Shown in pieces: positions 49,095-62,576 of a DNA stretch of 64,000 nucleotides. Where the stretch lies: contig JBJCIZ010000824.1 in assembly GCA_051294375.1 (NCBI GenBank), forward strand, positions 19,435 to 83,434. Direction: 5' to 3'. The DNA comes from Paraspadella gotoi (taxonomy: Eukaryota; Animalia; Chaetognatha). Position 1 is the first letter of the stretch. Every line of letters begins with the position of its first letter. Below the pieces are notes generated by a model. That model saw nothing but the letters and a program-made list of their open reading frames with translations. It was not told the origin of the DNA and searched no databases. The position numbers and the translations under genes were made by a program.

Positions 49095-51814
49095 GTACTT
49101 ATAACCTGGCACCAAAAATAGTAATTAATTATTACCTTGTAAAACCGAATGGAATTAAGTAGTATTACCTTTCTTGAGTCTCCTCGTTATCTTATAAATT
49201 AAATATAAATTATAAATAGCATGTTGATACCTGGATTTGAACCAGCGATCTTCTGAGCCACAGTCCACCATCGATCCCGTTCAGCCACGAGGTTCTTTTG
49301 TTGGAAAATGACCAAAACTCGGAATAATAATATTCTCCATCACACTCCCAACCTCTTTTCCCTACTTTCCTCCGCCCCCATTCCTTCTCCCGCTCCCATA
49401 GTGGCGGACCATCGACAAGGATCTGCCCGCGGAGAAACAAGAAACTTCAGTCAACTCGCCTTCTCATTCTGCAACATCGGCGTCGACCTCGAAAAAATGG
49501 CGTTGATCAACCTCTCGACGCCGGACTATCGCACGCATCACAAGCGACGCCACTTCGAGCTTCGATCCGCAAAATCCCCATCGGCGAGACTTCAATCCAC
49601 AGTCGACGTCGAGTAACGGGCCCTCCACGTCCCTTCGTCCCGTTTTCCTTGGCGTCACAATGTTTTCAGACCGTCCACAATCTCGGCCACCCGGATTGAG
49701 CGAACTCGTCAATCAGTAGCGAAGAAATTCGTCTGGCCCTCATGAGAGCCGATCTGTGTCGAATGGGCTCGAGAGTGTCAGATTGCCAGCGAGCCAAGGT
49801 AACCCGTCATACAGTGCCGGAGATCGGCACCTCTCGCAGTTGCCAGACAAACGCCTTCAATCACATCCACATCGATATAGTAAATCTCCCTCCGTCAAAC
49901 GGATACAATTACGTTCCTCACAGCAGTCGACAGATCACTCGGTGGCCGATCGCAGTCCCTATCAAGGACAATTGCCGCCAAAACCGTTCGCCGACGCCTT
50001 CGTACATGGCTGGATAGCCTCATTCGGGGTTCCAGCGGACTCGTGACTACAGACGAGGAGCTCAATTTTTATCACAACCTGGAAAACAAACTTCTAACAT
50101 CATGGGGAATCGCCACAACCTACGACAGCCTTGAACCATCCCCAATCGAACGGACTTGTCGAGAGGTTTCATCTGCCGCCTGAAGGAGTCTCTAATCGCC
50201 CTCGGCTCCGGACACAAACGGCGATTGGTACTGGCGACTCCCCTGCACCCTCCTCGCGATCCGCACGAACTCAAAACCAGATGTTGCGCATCCCCCACAG
50301 CCGATTTAGTCTACGGAGAGCCCATAGCAGTCCCCGGAGAACCTTCTCCAGACCCAAACCGGAAAGTGACGCTAGCGAGCGCCAACAACTTCGACGAGCA
50401 CTCGCCCAATTTACGTTTCGAAGTTCGCTCGTCTACATGCCAGTGCCTACCCGACTCACGACAACCTCGAATTCACATTCCCGACACCTCTCCGCCACGC
50501 CTCCCACGTTTCAATTCGACGCGGGAGGCGTGTCAACTCACTCTCGCCCCCCCACCGCCATACCTCAGCCGTATCGCGTCGTAATCGCGAGACGGAATTA
50601 ACATTCAAAATACAGATTCCGCCGGTCGCGGCAACGAAAATGTCTCCAATCTCTCGCCTCAAGCCGGCTTTCGAGGCGGACGTACGGACGCCAGATCGAC
50701 TGCGAGTCCTCCACGAACTCCCTCGCCTCCTCCGTCTTCCTCCTCCTCCAGGCCGGTCCGCCCCGGCATAAGAAACTCGATTCCCTCCCCCATCGACTCA
50801 ATATCTCCGGCTCAAATTCAACTCGCAAATCAAGTTATCCCTTTGTCGAATAACTTCTCCTCCTCCTCCCTCACTCCTCGCTGTCCTCCCTCCCTCCTCC
50901 TCCCTCAACCCCCCCCCCAACAACCCCCTACCCCTCCCGCTCCAGTACCGGACCATTAATTCTTTTCTCTCCCTACTGATTTTCCCCCTCTAAATTCGAA
51001 AATAAACAAACGGAAGGAAAATGTAAACAAAGGAAGTAAACCAATCGAGAGAAACAAACAAACAACAACGAAGGCGAGCGGGCAAAACGAAGCGATTACG
51101 AGCCCGACGATCGCCGCGATCGAAACCCTTCGACCTCCCCCAATGCTCGTCCTTCACTATTCTCCCGACCAAACCCAGGAAATACTTTTTCAATATAATT
51201 CCGAGCAGCGTACACGGCCATCTTCCGAGCGTCAACTCGAATCGACGCTCCATACGCTTGCAGTATTGTCCATGCTCCTTCAACAAATCAAGAGACGAGG
51301 AAAATTCGACATCATAAACTTGAACGGGTCGTCTGATTACAACTACATCTATTCAACTCTCTTTTAAAAAACGTGTATTTTCAAAACTTTATTTTACAAG
51401 TTAAACGATAATCTCAAATCGTTTACTAATTCCCGTTACTAAATCCGTTACTAAATTCGTTACTATCAAATTGATTTACATCATCAACCCGTAGTTAACA
51501 TTCCCAAATAGTCATTACTATCACCGTTTACTCATTCCCATACCTTATATTCGAGATCACCAAGTCCCAAATCTACACAACGTTATATTACATTCAAAAT
51601 TGGACTCCGATATCTTCCACAAACATTTATTTTTTACTCGTTCGATTTCTTTTACTCGTTTACACATAGTGTTATATTTTTCTATTAATTTAAGTCAGTT
51701 TCACTGACAAAATACTTTCTTCGAAACGCTAGATAGCGTTATTTTTCTTTAGTAGACAAAAAGACACGCGAATATATTTTTTCCCCTGTATTTTATCTGT
51801 GGGGCGTGTAGTAT
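49095..51814 (+). mobile_element. CsRn1-clade Gypsy family B, copy i (partial LTR, integrase, 3' UTR, PPT)
   Basis: LTR sequence 49095-49341 joined to the RH-IN linker; error-rich duplicate of 54190-56573. Confidence 0.88.
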
Positions 51815-54800
51815 CCTCACTCATCGACGGCACTCGACGCGAAAATCGACGCCCCTCCCAACTATTGGCCGTCATGAAGGAAAAAGCGGGGAAGGTGAGC
51901 GTCGATGACATCATGAAAGAGCTCCTGTTAAGAGAATTACCACCGGAAATACAACGAAGCCTGGCGGAACGAGTCGAGACGGTCGATGCAGAGACTGCAG
52001 CTCACTTCGCCGACGCCTACTTCGACCGCGACGGCAAGCTGCTCCATTCTACCGCTTCAGCATCAGCCTACTCAATCAACAACGCGATCCCTCCTCTCAT
52101 GCAAGAAGAGACTCCTTCTCTCGATGACGTCAACGCCATTAATCGACAACAATCATTCCAATTCAATCGTCAACAACCTACTGCACCTCGTCGACCGGCG
52201 AACCCCGACAGGGCACCGTCAGGCCAATCTACATCGCAGCAGAAGACTACTCGCGTTGACATCTGTTTCTACCATAAAAAATATGGCGACGCAGCCAAAA
52301 AATGTGAGCCAGGTTGCTATAAGCAACAGGCGGAAAACTTGAAGGCCGGCGGGAGGAGGTGAACGCCATCCCGACCGGCCACTGCATCAATTCCAAAGAT
52401 TCTTTTCTTTTCGTTCACGACGCCGCCAACAGACTCAACTGGCTCGTCGACGGCGGCACTACCGTGTCCATCATCCCCCCAACGAAAAAGGAGAGGGAAA
52501 ATGGAGAATCGAACACCAAACTTAAAGCCGCCAACGGCTCCCCCATCGCCTGCTTTTTGGATATCGAGACGTTCAGGTCCGTCTGGGAAAGCGAGTTTTC
52601 CCTTTCACGGTAACCATAGCGGATGTAACCCAACCCATACTCGGCTCAGATTTCCTGGCCCAACCACAGAGATGGTTTTTTAATCGACCTGATTAATTTT
52701 AGTACTATAACCGCTTCAAAAGCAAATAAACAACATCCGATCAGAGTCAACTTTGTACATCAGGCGGATGATCCATATTACAAGTTACTCGATACCTATC
52801 ATAACCTCTGTACTCCTTCATTTCAACCCACTGAACCAAAACATGGGGTAAAACATTATATCCCAACGACTGGCCGACCAGTACAATCAAGAGCGCGACG
52901 TTTAGCTCCAGACAAGCTCGAAGTAGCCAAGAAGGAGCTCGACAAGCTGTGCGAACTCGGCATCGCCCGCCGCGCCAAAAGCGAGTGTGCGTCGCCGTTA
53001 CTGGTCGTCAATAAACCTGACGGAGGTCACCGCGTCTGTGGCGATTTTCGTCGACTCAATAACGCCACGATTGACGACAAATATCCCGTCAAAACGCTCA
53101 ACGATTTCAACGCCAACCTCAGCAGCAAAAAGGTATTTAGCAAAATCGATCTGCTAAAAGGTTATCACCAAATACCTGTCGCTGAGGAAGATGTCGCCAA
53201 AAAAGGCGTTATCACACCATTTGGCCTCAATGTCTTCCTGCAAACGCCATTTGGCCTCAAAAACGTGGGTCAAGATTTTCAGAGACTTATGGATGAGATT
53301 CTTGACGGCCTTCCATTTGTCTTTGTATACATCGACGACATCCTCGTGGCGTCTGAGACACACCAGGAACATGAAACTCATCTCCGCGAGGTTTTTCGAC
53401 ATTCTCCACGACAACGGCCTCGTTGTAAATCGAAAAAAGTGTGTCCTCGGAAAATCAGAACTGGATTTTTTGGGATATCGCGTCGACGCCAATGGAATCT
53501 CCCCTCTGCCCAATCAAGTCGCCACCATCAACGAGACGACTCCACCGACATCCATAAAAGAGTTGCAGAGATTCCTGGGACTAGTAAACTACTACAGACG
53601 TTTTATTCCCAGATCCGCCCATTATTTATATCCCCTCTTCAAAGCTCTGAAATGCAAGACACGCCCACGTGTCTTAAACTGGACCCCAGAGTGCCAAACG
53701 GCGTTTGAGACCATCAAAGGCGCGTTATCTAAAGCGACAATGCTCGGACATCCTCGCCAAAACGCCACACTCGCCGTCACCTCCGACGCGTCAAACACGG
53801 CGATAGGCGCCGTCCTCGAGCAAAGAGGGCCTAGAGGTTGGGAACCTCTAGCCTTCTTTTCGGCGAAACTGCAAAAACATCAACAGGTTTGGCCTCCATT
53901 CGATCGGGAATTACTCGCCGCGTGGCGAGCAGTTCAACACTTTCGACCAATGATCGAGGGAAGAAAATTCACTCTATTCACCGACCACAAGTCATTAGTC
54001 CCCGCCTTAGCAAAAAAATCGGAACCGCACACCGCTTGCCAAACATATCAACTCGCTGGCATAGCGGAGTATACTACCGATATCCAATACTTGGCCGGCA
54101 AGGCCAACGTGGTCGCTGACTCTCTCTCTCGTCCCAACGTCGAAACGAATCCTGATCCTCATCCTTCTCCTTCTTCTCCCCCACCTTCCCCCTCTCCCCA
54201 ACCTCTTTTCCCTACTTTCTCTGCCCCCATTCCTTCTCCCGCTCCCATAGTGGCGACCATCGACAAGGATCTGCCCACGGAGAAACAGGAAAACTTCAAT
54301 CAATTTGCCTTCTCAATTCTACAACATGGCGTCAACCTCGAAAAAATGGCCGTCAATCAACCTCTCGACGCTGATTATCGACGCATCACAAGCGACGCCA
54401 CTTCGAGCCTTCGATTCCACAAAATCCCCATCGGCGAGACTTCAATCACAGTCGACGTCAGTAACGGCCCTCCACGTCCCTTCGTCCCGTTCTCCTGGCG
54501 TCGACAAGTTTTCGAGACCGTCCACAATCTCGGCCACCCTGGAGTTGAGCGAACTCGCCAATCAGTAGCCGAGAAATTCGTCTGGCCCTCAATGAGAGCC
54601 GACGTGTCGAGATGGGCTCGAGAGTGCCAAGATTGTCAGCGAGCCAAGGTAACACGTCACAGTACCCGAGATCGGCACCTTCGAGTTGCCAGACAAACGC
54701 TTCAATCACATCCACATCGATATAGTAACTCTCCCTCCGTCAAACGGATATAATTACGTCCTCGCAGCAGTCGACAGATTCACTCGGTGGCCGATCGCAG

Positions 54801-56990
54801 TCCCTATCAAGGACATTGCCGCCAAAACCGTCGCCGACGCCTTCGTACATGGCTGGATAGCCTCGTTCGGGGTTCCAGCGACTGTGACTACAGATCGAGG
54901 ATCTCAATTTTTATCATCAACCTGGAAACAACTTCTAACATCATGGGGAATCGCACACAACCTCACGACAGCCTACCACCCCCAATCGAATGGACTTGTC
55001 GAGAGGTTCCATCGCCGCCTTAAGGAGTCTCTAATCGCTCTCGGCTCCGACACAAACGGTGATTGATACTGGCGACTCCCCTGCACCCTCCTCGCGATCC
55101 GCATAGCTCTAAAACCAGATGTCGGCGCATCCCCGGCCGATTTAGTCTACGGAGAAGCCATAGCAGTCCGCGGAGACCTTCTCCAGACCCAAACCGGAAG
55201 TGACGCTAGCGAGCATCAACAACGTCGACGAGCACTCGCCAATTTGCGTTTCAAAGTCGCTCGTCTACAGCCAGTGCCTACCACGACTCATTGACAACCT
55301 CGAATTAATATTCCTGACACTCTCTGCCACGCCTCCCACGTATTCATTTGACGCGGAGGCGCGTCAATGTCACTCTCAGCGCCATACCTCGGCCCGTACC
55401 ACGTCGTATCGCGAGACGAATTAACATTCAAAATACAAATCCCCGGCCGAGGCAATGAAAATGTCTCAATCTCTCGCCTCAAGCCGGCCTTCGAGGCGGA
55501 CGACGACGCCACGATCGACGCGAGTCCTCCACGAACTCCCTCGCCTCCTCCGTCTCCTCCTCCTCCAGGCCGGCGCCCCGGCATAAGAACTCGATTCCCT
55601 CCCCCATCGACTCGAAATCTCCGCTCAAATTCAACTCGAAATCAAGTTATCCCTTTGTCGAATAACTCTCCTCCTCCTCCTCCTCCTCCTCCTCCTCCTC
55701 CTCCTCCCTCACCCCCCCCCAACAACCCCCTACCCCTCCCGCTCCAGTACCGACCCATAATTCTTTCTCTCCCTCTGATTTTCCCCCTCTAAATTCGAAA
55801 ATAAACAAACGAAGGAAAATGTAAACAAAGAATAAACAATCGAGAGAACAACAACAACAACGAAGCGAGCGAGCAAAACGAAGCGATTACGAGGCCCGAC
55901 GATCGCCGCTGATCGAAACCCCTTCGACTCCCCAAGCTCGTCCCTCATTATTCTCCCGACCAACTCCAGAGAATTTCTCATATCGAGCAGCGTCACGCCC
56001 ATCTCCGAGCGTCAACTCGAATCGACGCTCATACGCTGCAGTACTGTCCCACGTCCTTCAACAAATCAAGAGCGAGGAAAATTCGACATCATAAACTTGA
56101 ACGGGTCAGTCTGTTACAACTTCATCTATTCAACCCTTTCAAAAACTGTATTTTCAAAACTTTTATTTTTACAAGTTCATGATATTTTAAATCGTTACTA
56201 ATTTCATTACTAAATCCGTTACCAATTCCGTTATTAAATCTGTTACTTATATCATCAACCAAGTAACGATTCCCAATTCGTTATTATTACCATCGTTACT
56301 CATCACCAGATCGTTAATATTCAAATCACCAAGTCCAAATCTACATAACGTCATATTACTTTCAAAATTGGACTCGATATCTTCACAAATAATTATTTTT
56401 ACTCGTTTTGATTTTTACTCGTTTTAACACTCAGTGTTATTTCCTCATTTTAAGTCAGCTTCCCTGACAAATACTTTTCTACTCGAAAACGCTAGATAGC
56501 GTTATTTTTATTTAGACAAAAGACACGCGAAAAATATTTTTCCCCTGTATTTTATCTGGGGGGCGTGTAGTACTTATAACCTGGCACCAAAAATAGTAAT
56601 TAATTATTACCTTGTAAAACCGAATGGAGTTAAGTAGTATTACCTTTCTTGAGTCTCCTCGTTATCTTATAAATTAAATATAAATTATAAATAGCATGTC
56701 GATACATGGATTCAAACCAGCGATCTTCTGAGCCACAGTCCGCCATCGATCCCATTTAGCCACGAGGCTCTTTTGTCGGAAAATGACCAAAACTCGGAAT
56801 AATAATATTCTCCATCAACTCTATTAGCCTTTTGTCTGATATAGTTCCCTGAGCGGACACTATCGTCATATCTATCCAAGATGGCTCAGCCCTGATTAGC
56901 AGACTATTATTATTAACGTTATTGGAGACTTTTTGGTTATAATTTAAATTGTTCCTGTTCCTATCGGTGCCAGGGTTATTGCCTTCTACA
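51815..56990 (+). mobile_element. CsRn1-clade Gypsy family B, copy ii (3' gag, pol, 3' LTR)
   Basis: Gag CFYHKKYGDAAKKCEPGC (CHCC); RT VYIDDILV; RH TSDASNTAIG; IN HNLGH...CQDC, HIDIV, TDRGSQF, NGLVERFH; PPT GGGGGGCG; LTR. Confidence 0.95.
56566..56990 (+). repeat. LTR of family B (425 bp)
   Basis: TGTAG...CTACA, preceded by a PPT; near-identical to 57468-57894. Confidence 0.95.
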
Positions 56991-57087
56991 GGGCCCGTGA
57001 TTGATGCATCGAAGGCCGTAAGGGTTAGGGTTGAGGCATGGAGATGTACGGGAGGCCCAGACCCGGGTTAGGGTTAGGGGAGAGGCA
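56991..57087 (+). repeat. TTAGGG-containing satellite directly abutting the LTR
   Basis: Near-identical to 48985-49081. Confidence 0.9.
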
Positions 57088-57467
57088 NNNNNNNNNNNNN
57101 NNNNNNNNNNNNNNNNNNNNNNNNNNNNNNNNNNNNNNNNNNNNNNNNNNNNNNNNNNNNNNNNNNNNNNNNNNNNNNNNNNNNNNNGTTACTCATTCCC
57201 ATACCGTTATTATTCGAATCACCAAGTCCAAATCTACACAACGTTATATTACATTCAAAATTGGACTCGATATCTTCACAAACAATTATTTTTACTCGTT
57301 TCGATTTCTTTTACTCGTTTTAACACATAGTGTTATATTTTTTCTTAATTTAAGTCAGTTTCACTGACAAATACTTTTCTTTCGAAAACGCTAGATAGCG
57401 TTATTTTTCTTTAGTAGACAAAAGACACGCGAAAATATTTTTTCCCCTGTATTTTATCTGGGGGGCG

Positions 57468-57894
57468 TGTAGTATTTATAACCTGGCACCAAAAATAGTA
57501 ATTAATTTATTACCTTGTAAAACCGAATGGAATTAAGTAGTATTACCTTTCTTAAGTCTCCTCGTTATCTTATTAATTAAATACAAATTATAAATAGCAT
57601 GTCGATACCTGGATTTGAACCAGCGATCTTCTGAGCCACAGTCCGCCATCGATCCCGTTTAGCCACGAGGCTCTTTTGTCGGAAAACGACCAAAACTCGG
57701 AATAATAATATTCTCCATCAACTCTATTAGCCTTTTGTCTGATATAGTTCCCCTAAACGGACACCATCGTCATATCTATCCAAGATGGCTCAGCCCTGAT
57801 TAGCAGACTATTATTATTAACGTTATTGGAGACTTTTCGGTTATAATTCAAATCGTTCCTGTTCCTATCGGTGCCAGGGTTATCGCCTTCTACA
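57468..57894 (+). repeat. LTR of family B shared by two tandem copies
   Basis: TGTAG...CTACA, with 3' UTR plus PPT on the left (57188-57467) and PBS plus gag on the right. Confidence 0.93.
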
Positions 57895-57896
57895 AG

Positions 57897-57909
57897 TGGT
57901 GAGCCCGAC
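57897..57909 (+). promoter_or_regulatory. Primer-binding site, tRNA-Trp type
   Basis: TGGTGAGCCCGAC, 2 nt after the LTR; one mismatch to TGGTGACCCCGAC, the complement of the eukaryotic tRNA-Trp 3' end. Trp priming is typical of the CsRn1 clade. Confidence 0.75.
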
Positions 57910-58227
57910 TTTGAACAAACACTCCAACCTTCTGAAACTATGCATAAAACTATGTTCTGCTGCCTGAAATAATCCTTAGGGACCTTTTATTCATCAAAAT
58001 AGCTCTTTAATACTACCTAAAACCTTATCGACCCCTCTCCATGTTTTTAATCACCTCGAATGCAACAAAAGGAAGAAGACAACTCAACGGGTCCCGACAA
58101 CGCCTTCAGTGGACAAGAACCTTTCCTCAGGTAGGCAAGACGGGAGAAAATTAAGCTTAAAAGCCTTGCCTATCTCTGACCATCTTCTTCTCCTTTTTTC
58201 TCAAATCCCCAACGCCACTACAACTCC

Positions 58228-60142
58228 ATGAGCGGTCCCGCTGGAGGCACCAGGGCGCGCGTGGCGCACTCAAACGATTCTGGCGACGTCTCTCCACTTC
58301 CTTCAGACTCAACGAATCGCCTAGCGCCACCAATCGTCCAAGGACTCGTTCGGCCGCGGCCGACGATCTCCGACGGCCGACGCCGCCTCACGGAATTTTC
58401 CTTTCCCGACAACGCCATCTAGCGCGCGAGAATGGCAGCAGCGCCGCCTCCCGACCCCCAAGCGGACCTTATTCGCACCTTGGCGGCCCACACTCGCAGC
58501 GTCGATGCAAGGAATGTCTCTTAAAAAAGCCAAAACTGCCGGATTTTGACCCAGACAACGTGGAACTCTGGATCCAGCGAATAGAGGCAGCCTACACGCG
58601 TGCAGGGACGTCAACAGCAAGGAAAAGTTCGCACATCTCGAGGATAAGTTCTCGGTGATTTAAATCCAAAAAATAAATGCCTTTCTCTTCGGTGAAGCGA
58701 CTCGACGCCCGCTGGGACGCCTTCCTCAGTCTATCTCAAGACCGAATATGGTCGGCACACGCTCTCCAGCAGGCTGCTCACTCATCGACGCTCGACGCGA
58801 GAATCGACGCCCTTGCTCAGCTATTGGCATCATGAAGAAAAGCTGGGAAGGTGAGCGTCGATGACATAATGAAAGAGCTCTTCTGAGAGAATTCCGCCGG
58901 AATACAACGAAGTCTGGCGGAACGAGTCGAAATGNNNNNNNNNNNNNNNNNNNNNNNNNNNNNNNNNNNNNNNNNNNNNNNNNNNNNNNNNNNNNNNNNN
59001 NNNNNNNNNNNNNNNNNNNNNNNNNNNNNNNNNNNNNNNNNNNNNNNNNNNNNNNNNNNNNNNNNNNNNNNNNNNNNNNNNNNNNNNNNNNNNNNNNNNN
59101 NNNNNNNNNNNNNNNNNNNNNNNNNNNNNNNNNNNNNNNNNNNNNNNNNNNNNNNNNNNNNNNNNNNNNNNNNNNNNNNNNNNNNNNNNNNNNNNNNNNN
59201 NNNNNNNNNNNNNNNNNNNNNNNNNNNNNNNNNNNNNNNNNNNNNNNNNNNNNNNNNNNNNNNNNNNNNNNNNNNNNNNNNNNNNNNNNNNNNNNNNNNN
59301 NNNNNNNNNNNNNNNNNNNNNNNNNNNNNNNNNNNNNNNNNNNNNNNNNNNNNNNNNNNNNNNNNNNNNNNNNNNNNNNNNNNNNNNNNNNNNCCTCACT
59401 CATCGACGGCACTCGACGCGAAAATCGACGCCCTTCTCAGCTATTGGCCATCATGAAAGAAAAAGCTGGGAAGGTGAGCGTCGATGACATAATGAAAGAG
59501 CTCCTTCTGAGAGAATTACCGCCGGAAATACAACGAAGTCTGGCGGAACGAGTCGAGATGGTCGATGCAGAGACTGCAGCTCACTTCGCCGACGCCTACT
59601 TCGACCGCGACGGCAAACTGCTTCATCCTACCGCTTCAGCATCAGCCTACTCGATCAACAACGCGATCCCTCCTCTCATGCAAGAGGAGACTTCTTCTCT
59701 CGATGACGTCAACGCTATAAATCGACAACGACCATTTCAATTCAATCGTCGACAATCTACAGCACCTCGTCGACCGGCGAATCCCGACAAGGCACCGTCA
59801 GGCCAATCTACATCACAGCAGAAGACTACCCGCGTTGACATTTGCTTTTACCATAAAAAATATGGCGATGCAGCGAAAAAATGCGAGCCAGGCTGCTATA
59901 AGCAACAGGCGGAAAACTCGAAGGCCGGCGGGAGGAGGTGAACGCCATCCCGACCGGCCACTGCATCAATTCCAAAGATTCTCTTCTTTTCGTTCACGAC
60001 GCCGCCAACAGACTCAACTGGCTTGTCGACGGCGGCGCTACCGTGTCCATCATCCCCCCAACTAAAAAGGAGAGGGAAAATGGAGAATCGAACACCAAAC
60101 TCAAAGCCGCCAACGGCTCCCCCATCGCCTGCTTTGGATATC
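58228..60142 (+). pseudogene. gag: Family B gag and protease start (gapped, error-rich)
   Basis: KLPDFDPDNVELWIQRIEAAY-like N-terminus; CHCC motif; protease in the -1 frame after GGAAAAC (59911-59917). Confidence 0.85.
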
Positions 60143-60167
60143 NNNNNNNNNNNNNNNNNNNNNNNNN

Positions 60168-62160
60168 CTAACATCTAACCACATACCTACACACTCGCAC
60201 AGACCACAGCCCCCTAACCCTAAATCTCACACTGCACTACACCTTGATACCACAACACTATACCACTCTAACACCCCTGTAATACCCACCTGCTCTAACC
60301 CTCATAACCCAATCAAAGCCCTAACCACCCTAACCCTAACCCTAACCCTAACTCCTATAACCCCACAACCTAATCCTACCTTCCAGACCGGCTCAACCCT
60401 AACCCCTAACCCTAAACCCTAACCCACCTAACACCTCATCACCCTAGACCTAACACTAAAGCGCAACCCTAACCTCTAAGTCGGCAACCTCAACACCTAT
60501 CCTAACCCTAACCCTCAACCCTAAGTACCCATTAACCATAACAGCCTAACCCCAGAACCCTAACTTCTAACCCTAACCCCTAACCTATCCACCACCAAAC
60601 CCCGCTAAACCCTAAGACCCTAACCTACAACCTAATCCGCAAACGCATCTAAACCCACAATAACTCCACATACTACGCTTAACTGCAATAGACACCTGAA
60701 ATTGCGGCGTTTTCCTATACCTAGACCCTTGACACGCCTTAACGCCTAACCTCAACCCTAACCCTAACGTCATTAACCGGTCGACTAACCCAAACGTCGC
60801 CTAACCCGTATACCCTAGAGCACCTAACCCTAGACCGCTGAACCACCTAACGCCCTCTAACTCCGGCTAACCCTCTTATTTCGGCCTAACCCTTATCAAC
60901 GGACTAACCTAAACCCTAACCCCTAAACCTCCCTATATGTCCTAAACCCTAACTCCTACCAGCCCTATACCCCCTAACCCCTAAACCCTCGAGCCTGAAC
61001 GCCTATGCGAACAACGCTCAGGACCCGCTAGACGCCCTCAACGGCTGGCAAGACGAACCCTAACGCCTTAACCCGGAGTGAAGCGGCCTATACCTAGAGC
61101 TCAAGGCCACCTCAACGCCGAAAGCCCTAAGCCGAGAAGGCCCTAACCCTGAACCCGTCGAGACAACGGCGAAAGCCCATACAGCAGTATACACTACCCT
61201 CAACGAGTCGGGGGTGTCCTATGAACCCCTATACGCCTGTAAACCACAAAACTCGACTGAAACGGCGCTGAGACCACTTATGGAGCGCTCTAGAGCCGTC
61301 TAACCCCTACACGCCTAAACCCTCCTAACTCCACTCACGCCTAACCCTAACCCTATACGCTAAATCTCCCTAAACCTAAACCTCTACAACCCTATAATCC
61401 CCCTAAACCCTAACCTCCTAACCTAACCTCCTAAACCCCTACCCTAATCTATACCCTATCTCAACCTCAAACCATCGCTAACTGCTTCAAACTCCTAACC
61501 GACCTACTCACCTATACCCTTCTCAACCCAACCTACCCTAACCCAACGCTATCACCCTACCTCAACATCCTCTAACCCCTAACCCTAAAACACTCCTCAA
61601 CCCTATACCCCTATCACCCCTCTTACACCCCTAACCCTACACCATAACCCCTAACTCCTAAACACCCAGAACCCTAACCACCGGTAACCCGACCCATAAC
61701 TCTAACCTTATACCCGACACGCCTAACCTAACCCTACACCCTGCGTAGAGCACATGCAGACACGTAAACCCTGAAACCCTGAAACCCCTTAACCCTAACT
61801 CTAATACCCTAAGAGCCCTAACCCTACACCTAACCCTAAACCCAAACACTAACCTCTAAACCCTAACCTCCGAACGCCTAACCGCTAAGCCATAACCCCA
61901 GCTAAACTGCCGTTTACTCTGGAGTGAGCAAGATCCAAACCTACAGGCCTACCCTAACCCTAGACACCCTAACCCTAAACCCTAACCCTAACCCTTAACG
62001 CCAACAGACCTAGACGTAACATCCGGCGGAAACCGATCAGGCAAACCCATAACGCACGAGCACGCCCTGAGAGACACGTAACGTGCGAAATACAAGGCCG
62101 CCTTAGAAGCCCTAAGCCCTAACCGCTAACCTAACCCTAAGCTACCAGAGGCTTAACTCC
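60168..62160 (-). repeat. Degenerate telomeric (TTAGGG)n array, CCCTAA on plus
   Basis: Dense CCCTAA/CCTAA hexamers with heavy indel noise over ~2 kb, starting at a gap. Confidence 0.85.
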
Positions 62161-62576
62161 TATGACCCAGGTTGTTAGGTTAAGTATATGAGTGGAAATG
62201 AAGGAAGAGAGGTACATATTATTGGATAGGGTATGTGGATATTCTTGGTGTGAGAGTATGGATCATGGCTACCGGGACTCGGTGGTGAATTATGATCAAT
62301 GTGACTCTGGATTGGTCGGGGTTTTGGTTTGGAAGGTATAGTTTACCCCAATCAACTCTACAGGTGATCATTGATAACTGGGCGGGTCATTGAGATTTAG
62401 GTGCCAGACGACGAGGCAGGATTAAGAAAACCATCATCTGTGTGGGAGGCTAAATAGGGTCTCGGGCCAGGGGAAATCTGAGCCGGAGTATGGGGTATGG
62501 GCTTACATTCCGCTATGGTTAGCCGTGAAAGGGAAAACTCACGCTTTCTGCGCTCCAGCGGAGACCTGAGACGCTC

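Noticed and set aside
51799-51830. Novel fusion of LTR start to mid-gag
   Set aside because: The gag part begins at CCTCACTCATCG, exactly where the contig after the gap at 59394 begins, which points to an assembly join.
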